Part shown: piece after piece, positions 46,963 through 58,055 of the stretch
How the letters are laid out: every line of letters starts with the position of its first letter
How positions within the stretch are numbered: position 1 is the stretch's first letter
Virus record (IMG/VR): IMGVR_UViG_3300023174_000056
Location: 64,001 to 128,000 of that record
Length of the DNA stretch: 64,000 nucleotides
Reading direction: 5' to 3' (one strand)
Source: a virus
Notes under the pieces: generated by a model
Databases searched by the model: none
Told to the model about the DNA's origin: nothing
The model's input: the letters and a program-made list of their open reading frames with translations, nothing else
Made by a program: the position numbers and the translations under genes

Positions 46963-49900
46963 TTATTTTTTTATTTTTCTTGAAAATGACGCTTTTATGT
47001 TTTTTACTGCTGCTTGAGCTGTTGATGAATTTATTGTTTTTAATGCACTATTTTGTTGGTTTATTAATTGACTTGTAGTTGCGGTTACATTCAAATTAGT
47101 AGCATTTATATTTTGAATTTGCGCTTGTGCAACAGGGGTAAGCGAATTTACATTAATTGCTTGCAATGAAGAAGTCGGAGATCCGTTTAATGCTGACACC
47201 GTATTTATCTGTGGAACAAATTGAGTCTGAACAAGCGTTGGATTTGCTATCGTTGTCGTTAATTGCGTTGTTCCAATATTTGTATTATTTGTTTCTTGTG
47301 CATTTGTTACTACTGGTGTTGAAGTGTCTGCGTTGGAAGTTACTCTTCTTTGCGTTACAAATGTTTCTCCTGCCGTTTTTGATTTCAAATTAATATCTGT
47401 TTTACCATTTTTTAATTCTACTGTGGCATTAGCCATCTCAATAACAGAACAAAAATCGTAAGGCCAGTTATAAGAATATTCTGGTACTGCTTCTGATGAG
47501 GTAAACTTAAACTTAAAACGCTTTAGCGCCGACTCTTTTGAGTCTTCGACTAATTCATAGTAATTTACATTTGCTTTTTGTTTAATTTTGAAAACTTTAA
47601 ATTTAACATCTTTTGGCAATCTTTTACCGTGGAATAATTCATCCGAATTAAATGGATGTGAGATATTCTTGTTTTCTATATGTGATTCCATAGATTTTGA
47701 TGGCATGACACCTTGCCAGATATCAGATAAATCTGTATAATTACTGTCTTGCTGTAATTCTATATCAAATGGAATAACATACATTACGAAAGGATCAATA
47801 TTTTTGTTTCTTAACCAATCTAGATGAGGTGGCAAAACGAATCTTGTCATTTGTCTAACGGTATCTACTATGCTTGTATTTTTTAAAGAACTATTATTGT
47901 CAATAATTGTTTTTATTTCTTCAAAAGATATTTTTGATTCCTTACCAAAAGAAACCCCAAATGTTTCTTTTAGGATATCTCTATTGATCTTGAAATAATA
48001 TGGTCCTCTTCCTCTTTGATTTGGTTTTAAAATATTGTTTTCACCAAGAATCTCTGGTAATGTTTCTGCAAATTCTTGATTTATTTTTTTCTTTCCATCG
48101 ACATGGTTTTTATTATATGTGTATGGAATCAAAACCAAAGCTTCGCTGACAGTTTTTTCGGATCCTAGAACACCTAAAGTTGGCTTAACGTCAGTTTTAA
48201 ATCCACACATTTGAATTAAAGAACCAGTGTTAGGACCAGTTGGTGATTCTTGCAAATATAGTTTTATACCGCTGCCTTCTTGAACAGGGGAGCCATAAGT
48301 TGTCCAAATTCCTTTAAATAAGTTCTTATAAACGCCCTTAACAGTTCCTGGAATGCTTTTATCACCATCAATAAATTGTAGACCGATGTTATCTGTTAAA
48401 TCTGCATCATTAAAATTAATGCTTGGTGTTTCAAATTTTGTTTGAATTACCCATTTAAATTTTGGAACAAAAGATTTAGTGCCTTTATCTGCTTTTGAAG
48501 TTGCAACATCCACAGATAAATCTAGGTCTTCTGACTTTAATGTCAAATTGATGCTTGATGACAAGTTCATCATTGACTTATATGCTGGAGAATTTTTATA
48601 ATTATCCGCATACGAACTTGAAAAATCATTCAATAGGAAGTTTGATCTTTGCTTGAATAATGCTTCGGCCTCTGAGTTTAGGAATTCAATATTAATAGAA
48701 TCTTGAATTTCCTGTAGGCTGTAGGCTCTTGTTTTTGTATCGCTAGCTAAGAATGAAATTCTTGCAATTGCTTTTCCATAATAATATGGAGGTACATAAG
48801 GAGCATACGAAGGAGTATCTAGTAATTTAGAGTACAAATTATATGGGCCTTTTTGGTATAATAGGCTAGCAGAACCGGCGCTATCCCAGTATCTAACTGG
48901 AGGTCCGTATAATGAATCGGGTGAAGGAATCATAAATGTTCCTTCGCTATGCTTCGCTGGGTCGCTCTTTAGATTCTCGTAGTATGGATCTGTTATAAAT
49001 TCTTTGTAAGCTCCGTCTTTCTCAAGAACAACGTCCATGTAATAACGTGTGCCAGGAATTGCAGCAGCAAACTCGTTTTCTGGCTTGGAAGTTATTGATG
49101 TTAATTTACCTTTAAGGAAGAAATTAGGAATTTCTGCCAAGAAGTTATGCATAGCTAATTTATAGTTTGCATCCAAGAATGTAAATGACTTCAAAGAGCC
49201 AGTACCCATATTGTATGAAGGGTATGCAATATTATTAAAATCAGAACCTGTAATTGTATCTGTTGTATAATGTGTTGGGTTTAAGTAGTACAGATTATTT
49301 GCAGATACTTTTAAGTCATCTGGTATCTTTGTATCAAAATCAATTAAAGCTTCAAATGGTAATCTATAGTTTGGATTTAAATCAATGTAATTTGAAGCAG
49401 TGTAGTTTCTTTGAATATTATTAATGTAATCAAATAGATAATTTGTTGTTAGAGAACTTCCTGTGTTACCGTAAAATACGGGTGGCGTTCTTGAATCATA
49501 GCTAACACTTGATGTAATAAATACAGGGAAATCCACAGCAACTGATGATTTAATAGTATTTAAAAGAATACCTGGCGCAAATAGTGGCTGTAATAAAGCC
49601 AAAACTTGTTGATTTAGTGGCGTTCCATTTGAAAGTGCTGAGTAATATACCTCTTTTGGATTTTTACTTGAAACAAGAGTTCTTTTTAAAGGTAAAAATG
49701 AATTTATGAAATAGCTGCTTAATTGTTCTATTCTTTCACTTGGATAAAATCCTTTATATGGTAACAATTTTTTAATAGCAGAAATATTAATTGTTAATTT
49801 AAAATCATTATCTATGGGTAGACTTTCATCATACAAGAATGTTGTATCAAAGTTTTGCGAAATATTTGTAGAGCTGCTAAGATTATTAAATGAAGATTCC

Positions 49901-52900
49901 TGTAAAGCGCCTTGTAGGGTTAAATAATCGCTTGTTAAAATTGAATTAAAATTACCATTAACTTTTTTAACATAACTTTCCACAAAATTGCTAATTTTAT
50001 ACTCTGGTACTATAGAATACTTTTGAGAGTGTGGTTTAATGTCTTCTATAAATTTTGTATAAGAATCATAAAATGCGCCACGGCCTGCCTTTTGGTCTGT
50101 TTCATAAACATATCCTTGGTTTAAAACAAAGATTGAATTATTGCTAGAAGAATAAACCGTTGTGGTCAAATCTGTATTTGTTGCGTATGTGTTCTCGGCA
50201 ATTTTTAAATTTGAATTTGCATTTGGTGGTATAAAGTTATTAAAAATTAATTGAGGTTTTGGCATAACAATATCTACTGAAGCCGAATATGCTTCAAATT
50301 GATATTTAAAATCTTTTGTTTTAATAGTTGGACCCGATCTTGTGCCAGCAAAACGTCCACCAATAAAAATTTTATTTCCATCAGATACCAAGCTATAAAT
50401 TTCATCATCAGTTGTAAGATTAAAACCATTTCTAATACCGTTCGTACCAACTTGATTCCAATTTGTACCATCCCAGCAAGCTATATTATTTAAAATTGTG
50501 CCATCTGATGCAGAAGTGAAATTTCCAGCGGCATAAATTTTATTGTTTAAAGCTGTGAAAGACCAAATAAGCCCATTTAAAGTTTTAGAAATATCACTCC
50601 AACTTGTTCCATTCCATTTTTTAATAAATGGAGAAGTTACAGCATTACCAGCGTTACCAATAGTGTAGCCATCAGCACCATATACGTATAAACCATCAGA
50701 TGCGGACGCCATAGTAATTACTGTATTGTTTGGCCTTGATGGCGAAGACCCTCCGACTGAGTTCCACTTTACTCCATCCCACCTTGCAATGTTTGCAGTG
50801 TCGCTAATTCCCGTATCGGTAAATCCACCTCCGACATAAATGCCTTCGGAAGATGAAAGCATACAAAATACGCCACTTCCTAAACCGAACGATCCTGTTC
50901 CGAGAGAATTCCAACTTGTCCCATCCCATCTTGCAATACCATCAGCAGCTGCGATTCCCGCAGCATTAGTGAATTTGCCACCGACATAGATTCCTTCAGA
51001 CGCCGAAATTATAGATGAAATTTGATTATTGAAAGAATTCGTAGGTCCAACAATCTGGAAGGAACCACTACTTTTACATAAAACTAAGTTTTTGGCACCA
51101 GAGACACCGCCCCCATTAGTAAATTTACCACCAACATAAACACCAGCGGAGCTAGAGCATAAAGCAAATACAGAATCTCCAAACGTTGATGGAGTAATAT
51201 TTCCTATTGTAACCCAATCATTTTCTTTAGTCCATTTTTTTAGAAAACCTGTTAGGTTACCTATGCTGTTATAATCATTAACAGCCCTTAAACCTGCATA
51301 TACACCGTCAGAGCCGCTTACTAAGCATAAAATATCTCTATCTAAATTGTTTGTATAATCCTGGGTTGTTCCGTATAGAGAATATATATTTCCATTACCA
51401 TATTGGTTTGTATCTAGAATTGCTACATTTTTTATTGGATAGTAAATTTGTTCTAGATCAAAATATTTTTCTAGCAGTATGTCTTTGTTTGAAAGATAGC
51501 CAGAAGTATTTTTTTCATAAAAGATTTTCTGTAATTTATCTGGTACGAATTGTGTAACACTTCCACCAAAAATTATCCCAGACGAACCAGATGTAATTGT
51601 ATTTATTACAGAATAAGAATTTAATGGTAAATATATACTGCCACCAATCGTTCCCCAGCTTGCTCCATCCCATTTTGCTAATCCAATATTTTTATAAGAA
51701 GTATTACCAAAATTTCCAACTTTAGAAAATAACCCACCAATATATACACCATCGGAAGAAGAAAACAGAGAATTTATTCCAGAATTTACAAATGTTGCAG
51801 ATTTGTCTAGAGCATTGTAGGTAACTGTTGATAAAACAGAACCAAAACCTTTCCATTTTGATAAAATAGTATCCCATTTAGCAACGTTAGATACGCTATC
51901 GCTACCAGTTAAAGGAGAAGCTATAGAAAAACTACCGCCGACATAAATACCGTCAGAGCCGGATGAGATTGAAGCAACACGGTCATAATAAGAATTGCCT
52001 CCAACTCCATCACCAATAGTATTTCCAAACGCCGTCCAATTAGTGCCATTCCACACTGCTATATTTTTTGCATTTAGGTTGTTTGAAGCTGCAATAGCAA
52101 AAGCCCCTCCAACATAAAGACCATATGAAGAACTAGCCAAAGAAAATACTGTCGCAGAACTATACAATGAAGACCAGTCAGGGTCTGCGAGTGGTGGCGA
52201 GCCAGGAGAACCAGTGCCAACATTAGTCCAAGTTGAGCCATTCCATAGTGCTATTGTATCGGCATTAGAGACACCGCCAGCGTCTGTAAATACTCCTCCA
52301 ACATAAAGACCTTGAGAAGAGCTGACCATAGAATAAACAATAGTTTTAGAACCATTTGGAGAAAGTGGGGCGCTCCCAGCTGAAGACCCTGTTCCTAAAC
52401 TAACCCAATCTGTTCCATCCCATTTTATAATTGCATTTTTTGATGTAGTAGAATCCAAATTACTAAACTTGCCACCAACGTATAAACCGTCAGCGCCAGA
52501 CACTATTGAATAAACTACGGCATCAGTGACGTTTATTCCATTTTTGAATGTAGTAACTCTTTGTCCATCCCATTTAAGAATACAATTTGCTTTAGAATTA
52601 CCGCCAGCATTTGTAAAATCGCCGCCTATATAAATACCATCAGAAGTAGACAAAGAAGTATTTATATTACTTGCGAATATACCAGTATAAGCTCCAAAGT
52701 TTGTAACAATATTTGTATCCTTATTAAAAGAAAAAATATTATTTACTGGTAACTTAATATTATCAATATTATTTTGTAAAGAATAAGATTCACTATACTG
52801 CAAGTCTTGAGCAAAAATAGAATTTTTTAGTTTATTATTAGGATCAAAAATAAAATTATCGTAAGACCCATAGGAAGAAAATAATTTTGAGCCAATAGTA

Positions 52901-55900
52901 TTATATGAACTTGTAGCAAATCCAAACATATCAACAGTCGATGAAGGTCTTTCACGGTCTACGGCAGAATCCCTCCAGAATGTTTTTGTTTTTACTATGC
53001 TGTCTGTACTACCATTATCTTCATAATTTGGCTTTGTTCTAATGTCGCCTAAACCAATTTTATCTTTTCTTGGGAAAACAAGCTCAGAATAAGCAATACC
53101 AGCCGCCACAGGTTCGTCTATATCTTGTACTTTTGAGGTCAATAGATTATAAATCTTCTTATAGGAAGTTTTATTTCTATCTGGCTGCACTGGTGCAATT
53201 TCATTTTTTAATAATTGATTGGCAATTGTGTCTAAAACGTTTGAATATTCTGTTCTTAAAATTGTGTATACATCATTAATTTTTGTTAATTCTGTATTTA
53301 ATGTTACTCCAAATGTAATTGGTAAATTCCACTCTACAGGTGGTTCAATATAAGGCTTTGTTATGGATTTTACTTCTAATTTTGAAGGCTTTGTTAAGGG
53401 AGGAGACACAGAATCTGCGGCATAGGTTCTTGTTTCCGTTACAAAGTTTGAAGTATTTTTTTGAATAATAAACTTATTATTTTTAAATAATAAATTGGCA
53501 AGTTTATTATTATCTTTTTGTCTTATTTGCTTCCAAGAAGTATATCCAAAAGGTCCATCTTTTTTTAATAAATATTTATGTAAACTTCCGTTCTCATTAA
53601 AAGAAATAGTTGAAGTATCTTGGTTGACAGATGTTGTAATATTTGAATTATTTAAACCAACAAAGTCAATAACTTCGCCAGATTCTGTAGATGCAGATAA
53701 AACAGCAAGTGTACCAATATCAGTATTTGGATATATCGATGAGTAGGGACCACTTGAAGTTATTAAGTTTGTAGCAGACGCTGATATCCAAGCATAACCA
53801 TAATCACTTCTTGGAATTTGATGCGATACGAAGCCGTTATCATACTCATTGCTATTTGCTGTTTTTAAATGATTTTTATTAATCTTATGAAACGATGGGT
53901 TGTTTGAATCTATTGAAGCCGTTTCTCTCATCCAATCGTTTAAAGCTTTTCTTACTAATGGATTTCTATAATTAACTGTATTGTAAACCGAAAATGTTTC
54001 TGACTCTCTATCTAAAGCACCTCTTGATAGCGACTCAGGACCACCTGGGGCTGAGAACCGATTGACCATTATTCCTTCGTATTTCTTACGGGTTGGTAAT
54101 GGATAATCATAAGCGCCACTAATAAATGCGCTTGCAGTAGCAGAAGATAGAACACCTTCTACATCGACTAAATGTTTGTTATTGATTTCTCTACCAGCTG
54201 CTTGAACTATATTATATTGTTTAGAATAGTTTGCTCTTGGTTGGTTAAATAGGGAAGTTCTAGCAGATCCAGAGTCTGCAAACAAAGGTCTTAGTTCTAC
54301 TGAATTTGTTAAACTATTAAGCACATTTACAACTGCAAATGTTTCGATGCCATCAACCAAAGAGTAAGGCTTATCAGCTGCTAAATCATATAATCTTGCC
54401 AAGCGTCTATCATAATATGCAGTTTTTTCATAAACTGTGCTTGTGGCAGCATTATAAGATTTGTATTTTTTCTTATTTGTTTCATTTACAATCGAATCTA
54501 ATAATTTTTGCTTATCAGCATCTGCATCGCCTGATGAAACTATTACTGGCGAGTTAATTCGTTCGGCTCTTTCTTTCAGCCATAACGCACTATCTTCCTG
54601 CGAGAAGCTTGTTAAATCTTCTGGTGCATGGCCTTTCTTCCAATTATATTTTAACTCTTTAATGCCTTTTGCTTGTGCATAATCTACCGTAGTCTTTTTT
54701 ACTTGTGGAAGCTTATAATCGTATTTTGGTCTTTCCAATACGTGGCTTTCAATCATATTTCTAATATTTTGTGAAAATTCAGAACCAGCTGGTGCTAATT
54801 GATATAACATTTCTCCAATAGCTGAATCTATCCATTTATAGAATTCAATATATTTCTCTACAGATGGTTCATTTTCTACTTTTTCAAAAAACTTTCTTCT
54901 TAGGGCGTTTAAGTCTCTATACTCTTGGCGATATTTATTTATTGGATCGCCAATAAGATTATTAAAATCAACAATACCAGCAAACATATTTAACATTTCT
55001 TCTGATATTGTTTGGTACATACTTTTTTCAAAAGCCCAAAACAAACTAACTGGTTTAGTATCTTTTGTAAAAGCGTAGTCCGAATCGCCATAGATATTAA
55101 TTGTGTCTGATGTGTACAGATTCTCTGGGACTGTTTGCTTTGAGGCCAAAGTATAGTGTTTTTTAACTATATCTTTTGAATTTGCCAGAGTTTCTGATGC
55201 TTTGGCTGCATAAGTTTTTTCTACGTTGTAAGAAAATAAGCTGTCAAGACCACTTACAGCCCCTTTGGTATCCTTGACTAAAACTTCACCATTGCTATCG
55301 CTTGATGTTACTTCATCAAAATCCCAGTTAAAAGCTAAAAGATTTATTCTTTCGATCTTTTCATCTAAATTTTCATATGGTTTTGCAATAGGATTTTTTA
55401 CACCAAAATTAGCAGAATCTTTCGCATGTTCTTGAATTTCTTCGTTAGATAGATAATCATACCAGAATCTGGCGTTTGACACTAAGATATCTGTATAATT
55501 CAACACAGAGCCAGTAAAATTGTTTTTTCTAGCGCCTACATAAAATTTCTTAAAATCACCATGAATGTTTTGAACCTGCTCAAGAGTCAATGCAGAGCTT
55601 GTTACTGTGAATTCATTTTTTATATTACCTTCTACTGTGTTTACGCCATAAAATTCTAGATAATAATCTTTCCCAACGGGTAGGGTATTAAAAGCATTAA
55701 TATCATAATTTAACTTGTCTAAGTTATCATATGGAGTTTTTAGTCTAACCGCAAAATTCCATTTTTCTCCCTCGTAAATATCAGAAAAATATTGGCTTCT
55801 TAGATTATTATCAGCGGTAGCAATACAATTAAATTTAAAATATCCGCCCCTATCGTCCTTTTTATTTTTAACTAAAAATGTTTCAAAGTTATAGTGCGAA

Positions 55901-58053
55901 GTGACGATATTAGCTTCATCGGTTAAGTTATTTATAGAATAACCACCAAACAAAGATATATTTGTTTCTTCTGGCACTGAGTAATTTACGTCTGACGTTT
56001 CTAGTTTTTTTGGAAAGAAAATTTCTGTTTCAAACGTTAATGGGATTAAATAATAAGGTACTTTTGCAGTGTCTAAATTTATTGTAGGTAATAGAGACGA
56101 ATAAGAAGTTGTTGAATCGGAGGTTTCATTTGTGTTAAAAATATTTGTTCCGTAGCTATCTGGGGTTGAGAAGTTAAGAACTTTCTTTTTTTCTACGATA
56201 CTCTTCTTGTTGTTTTCAATAGTAAATTCTGTATTATTTGCATAGATATTTAATTTAATCAACTCATCATCTATACCAAATGATCTTATAAGATTTCTAA
56301 AGGATTTTTCTGTACCTTTTGTTTTATAAATATATGTTAAGTTATTTAAGATATTTTTATAAATTAAATTCTTTAAATCTGTTAATTTTTCTTCAAATAG
56401 TCTTTGTTCATCTCTAGATTTTAGATCTTCTATAATTTTAGAATCAACAAAAATATCAGGAGCTAGAAACCCGTTAGATTCTAGAATTGAATTAATAAAT
56501 GGAGCTGGCTTTCTATCTTGCTCGTAATATTCTCCAAAACCAAATGTAGGTAATTCTTTTATTTGAAGATAAATTTTATCAAAATAACTTGCAATTATTT
56601 GAGTAACTTTTTTTAGTTCTTCTGTCGCTACTTCTTCGTCTTCTGTGGTTATCCATTCTGGGAGGCTTCGGTAAATTGAATTACCATTCCGCAAATCCCA
56701 TTCTTGCCCTTTTTCTTTTAATTCTGAACTTTTATTTATAACCAAATAATGGTCTGGGTATAAGATTGGGTCTTTGACTTCTTGGCTTTCAAATAGACCG
56801 CTATCATCAATTGCTGACGATGTTGAGCGGACGCCAGCCGTATAATTTACGATAGTTCCGTTAGAAACACGCCCAGAATAATCTAATATTATAGAATCTC
56901 TCTGGTCTATAGACTCTTCGTTTAAAACGCCTTCATTAAATCTATAGTAAACTCCAAGATCTGTATTTGATAAATCTGTATTTGAACCACCATAAACTCT
57001 ATCGAATAAATAACGTTTTATATCTTTTTGAGTTTTTTCTGTTTTCCAAAATCTAAATTCATCAAAACTTCCAGGTGCTGCACCTAAATTATAATTGCCT
57101 GCGCTATAGAATCTATAAGATCCTAAGTTTGCTAAGAGATTTTTATTATCAAATGATAATGCAGATGCGTACTCGCCGTCTGATTTCCAAACTAATTCGC
57201 CGTCAATATATAATTTTGCAATTAATGTTCCATCATTTTCTTCTCTATTAACAAATGAGAATGCGTAATGATGCCAAGAGTTTAAATCAGTTAAATTATA
57301 ATCTATAGAGACATTTTGTAGAGCGCCATACCCTGAGAGAGGGTCTGTATTACCTTTATAAGTTATAGTAAACTTTTTTTGCGATGCTAAAAGACCTATT
57401 GACAATCTAGCATAATTTGAAGAATTGGTGTCCTCGATGCCGTTCCATAAATCAAATAAACCAAAAGAAGAAGAAAGGACATTTTGTGAAAGCCCTTCTT
57501 CCAACTTAAACCAAAATTCTACAGTATTTCCTTTTTGTGAACTTAAACCAAAATTGGCTTCTTGATTATTATTTACGTTATAGATGTTTCCATCTTTATA
57601 CAAATTTCCTTTTGCATTTGGGCCACTGTATGCCTTAACATATTGTGCGTTATTGCTTACTAAAACTTTAGTATCACCACTTCCTACTGAAGTGTATGCG
57701 GAATCATACGTATCAGAATTTAAAGTAATAAAGCCGGTTGTTTTTGGATATTCACTATCAAAAACATACTTTTCCAAGTAAGTTAATTTATTTCGCCAGT
57801 CAGTTATTTCTGACTCGGAACCATCATATGGATAAGAGCTATAGATATGTTGAATCGCTGAAGAATAATATTCATCAGCTAAACCAAATCTTGCAAAAGA
57901 TTTTGGATCAGAAAAATCTAAATTTGGTATAAATTCTTGGTTCTCTTCATTCTTTTTTTGAATGAAAGTTCTAGATTCTACTTCATTGTAAATTTCTTCT
58001 GGTTTTTCATTTGCTACTTGCTTGGTATCTTTAAATAAGTCTTTTATGGACAT
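46963..58053 (-). CDS. Giant baseplate wedge protein (gp7-like) with a LamG domain and beta-propeller repeats
   Basis: TVEFWFK/WHHYAF/LYIDG/FDEFRFW LamG motifs; KTKGTEKS.RNLIRSFGI wedge motif; 14 G.YVGG.F...WDG repeats. Follows gp6. Confidence 0.75.
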   Translation of the reverse strand: MSIKDLFKDTKQVANEKPEEIYNEVESRTFIQKKNEENQEFIPNLDFSDPKSFARFGLADEYYSSAIQHIYSSYPYDGSESEITDWRNKLTYLEKYVFDSEYPKTTGFITLNSDTYDSAYTSVGSGDTKVLVSNNAQYVKAYSGPNAKGNLYKDGNIYNVNNNQEANFGLSSQKGNTVEFWFKLEEGLSQNVLSSSFGLFDLWNGIEDTNSSNYARLSIGLLASQKKFTITYKGNTDPLSGYGALQNVSIDYNLTDLNSWHHYAFSFVNREENDGTLIAKLYIDGELVWKSDGEYASALSFDNKNLLANLGSYRFYSAGNYNLGAAPGSFDEFRFWKTEKTQKDIKRYLFDRVYGGSNTDLSNTDLGVYYRFNEGVLNEESIDQRDSIILDYSGRVSNGTIVNYTAGVRSTSSAIDDSGLFESQEVKDPILYPDHYLVINKSSELKEKGQEWDLRNGNSIYRSLPEWITTEDEEVATEELKKVTQIIASYFDKIYLQIKELPTFGFGEYYEQDRKPAPFINSILESNGFLAPDIFVDSKIIEDLKSRDEQRLFEEKLTDLKNLIYKNILNNLTYIYKTKGTEKSFRNLIRSFGIDDELIKLNIYANNTEFTIENNKKSIVEKKKVLNFSTPDSYGTNIFNTNETSDSTTSYSSLLPTINLDTAKVPYYLIPLTFETEIFFPKKLETSDVNYSVPEETNISLFGGYSINNLTDEANIVTSHYNFETFLVKNKKDDRGGYFKFNCIATADNNLRSQYFSDIYEGEKWNFAVRLKTPYDNLDKLNYDINAFNTLPVGKDYYLEFYGVNTVEGNIKNEFTVTSSALTLEQVQNIHGDFKKFYVGARKNNFTGSVLNYTDILVSNARFWYDYLSNEEIQEHAKDSANFGVKNPIAKPYENLDEKIERINLLAFNWDFDEVTSSDSNGEVLVKDTKGAVSGLDSLFSYNVEKTYAAKASETLANSKDIVKKHYTLASKQTVPENLYTSDTINIYGDSDYAFTKDTKPVSLFWAFEKSMYQTISEEMLNMFAGIVDFNNLIGDPINKYRQEYRDLNALRRKFFEKVENEPSVEKYIEFYKWIDSAIGEMLYQLAPAGSEFSQNIRNMIESHVLERPKYDYKLPQVKKTTVDYAQAKGIKELKYNWKKGHAPEDLTSFSQEDSALWLKERAERINSPVIVSSGDADADKQKLLDSIVNETNKKKYKSYNAATSTVYEKTAYYDRRLARLYDLAADKPYSLVDGIETFAVVNVLNSLTNSVELRPLFADSGSARTSLFNQPRANYSKQYNIVQAAGREINNKHLVDVEGVLSSATASAFISGAYDYPLPTRKKYEGIMVNRFSAPGGPESLSRGALDRESETFSVYNTVNYRNPLVRKALNDWMRETASIDSNNPSFHKINKNHLKTANSNEYDNGFVSHQIPRSDYGYAWISASATNLITSSGPYSSIYPNTDIGTLAVLSASTESGEVIDFVGLNNSNITTSVNQDTSTISFNENGSLHKYLLKKDGPFGYTSWKQIRQKDNNKLANLLFKNNKFIIQKNTSNFVTETRTYAADSVSPPLTKPSKLEVKSITKPYIEPPVEWNLPITFGVTLNTELTKINDVYTILRTEYSNVLDTIANQLLKNEIAPVQPDRNKTSYKKIYNLLTSKVQDIDEPVAAGIAYSELVFPRKDKIGLGDIRTKPNYEDNGSTDSIVKTKTFWRDSAVDRERPSSTVDMFGFATSSYNTIGSKLFSSYGSYDNFIFDPNNKLKNSIFAQDLQYSESYSLQNNIDNIKLPVNNIFSFNKDTNIVTNFGAYTGIFASNINTSLSTSDGIYIGGDFTNAGGNSKANCILKWDGQRVTTFKNGINVTDAVVYSIVSGADGLYVGGKFSNLDSTTSKNAIIKWDGTDWVSLGTGSSAGSAPLSPNGSKTIVYSMVSSSQGLYVGGVFTDAGGVSNADTIALWNGSTWTNVGTGSPGSPPLADPDWSSLYSSATVFSLASSSYGLYVGGAFAIAASNNLNAKNIAVWNGTNWTAFGNTIGDGVGGNSYYDRVASISSGSDGIYVGGSFSIASPLTGSDSVSNVAKWDTILSKWKGFGSVLSTVTYNALDKSATFVNSGINSLFSSSDGVYIGGLFSKVGNFGNTSYKNIGLAKWDGASWGTIGGSIYLPLNSYSVINTITSGSSGIIFGGSVTQFVPDKLQKIFYEKNTSGYLSNKDILLEKYFDLEQIYYPIKNVAILDTNQYGNGNIYSLYGTTQDYTNNLDRDILCLVSGSDGVYAGLRAVNDYNSIGNLTGFLKKWTKENDWVTIGNITPSTFGDSVFALCSSSAGVYVGGKFTNGGGVSGAKNLVLCKSSGSFQIVGPTNSFNNQISSIISASEGIYVGGKFTNAAGIAAADGIARWDGTSWNSLGTGSFGLGSGVFCMLSSSEGIYVGGGFTDTGISDTANIARWDGVKWNSVGGSSPSRPNNTVITMASASDGLYVYGADGYTIGNAGNAVTSPFIKKWNGTSWSDISKTLNGLIWSFTALNNKIYAAGNFTSASDGTILNNIACWDGTNWNQVGTNGIRNGFNLTTDDEIYSLVSDGNKIFIGGRFAGTRSGPTIKTKDFKYQFEAYSASVDIVMPKPQLIFNNFIPPNANSNLKIAENTYATNTDLTTTVYSSSNNSIFVLNQGYVYETDQKAGRGAFYDSYTKFIEDIKPHSQKYSIVPEYKISNFVESYVKKVNGNFNSILTSDYLTLQGALQESSFNNLSSSTNISQNFDTTFLYDESLPIDNDFKLTINISAIKKLLPYKGFYPSERIEQLSSYFINSFLPLKRTLVSSKNPKEVYYSALSNGTPLNQQVLALLQPLFAPGILLNTIKSSVAVDFPVFITSSVSYDSRTPPVFYGNTGSSLTTNYLFDYINNIQRNYTASNYIDLNPNYRLPFEALIDFDTKIPDDLKVSANNLYYLNPTHYTTDTITGSDFNNIAYPSYNMGTGSLKSFTFLDANYKLAMHNFLAEIPNFFLKGKLTSITSKPENEFAAAIPGTRYYMDVVLEKDGAYKEFITDPYYENLKSDPAKHSEGTFMIPSPDSLYGPPVRYWDSAGSASLLYQKGPYNLYSKLLDTPSYAPYVPPYYYGKAIARISFLASDTKTRAYSLQEIQDSINIEFLNSEAEALFKQRSNFLLNDFSSSYADNYKNSPAYKSMMNLSSSINLTLKSEDLDLSVDVATSKADKGTKSFVPKFKWVIQTKFETPSINFNDADLTDNIGLQFIDGDKSIPGTVKGVYKNLFKGIWTTYGSPVQEGSGIKLYLQESPTGPNTGSLIQMCGFKTDVKPTLGVLGSEKTVSEALVLIPYTYNKNHVDGKKKINQEFAETLPEILGENNILKPNQRGRGPYYFKINRDILKETFGVSFGKESKISFEEIKTIIDNNSSLKNTSIVDTVRQMTRFVLPPHLDWLRNKNIDPFVMYVIPFDIELQQDSNYTDLSDIWQGVMPSKSMESHIENKNISHPFNSDELFHGKRLPKDVKFKVFKIKQKANVNYYELVEDSKESALKRFKFKFTSSEAVPEYSYNWPYDFCSVIEMANATVELKNGKTDINLKSKTAGETFVTQRRVTSNADTSTPVVTNAQETNNTNIGTTQLTTTIANPTLVQTQFVPQINTVSALNGSPTSSLQAINVNSLTPVAQAQIQNINATNLNVTATTSQLINQQNSALKTINSSTAQAAVKNIKASFSRKIKK
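50340..52660 (-). repeat. 14 beta-propeller blade repeats (2 x 7) within the giant protein
   Basis: Repeated S-x-S-[DE]G[ILV]YVGG.FT.AGG....IA.WDGT.W units in two groups of seven. Confidence 0.8.
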
Positions 58054-58055
58054 TT

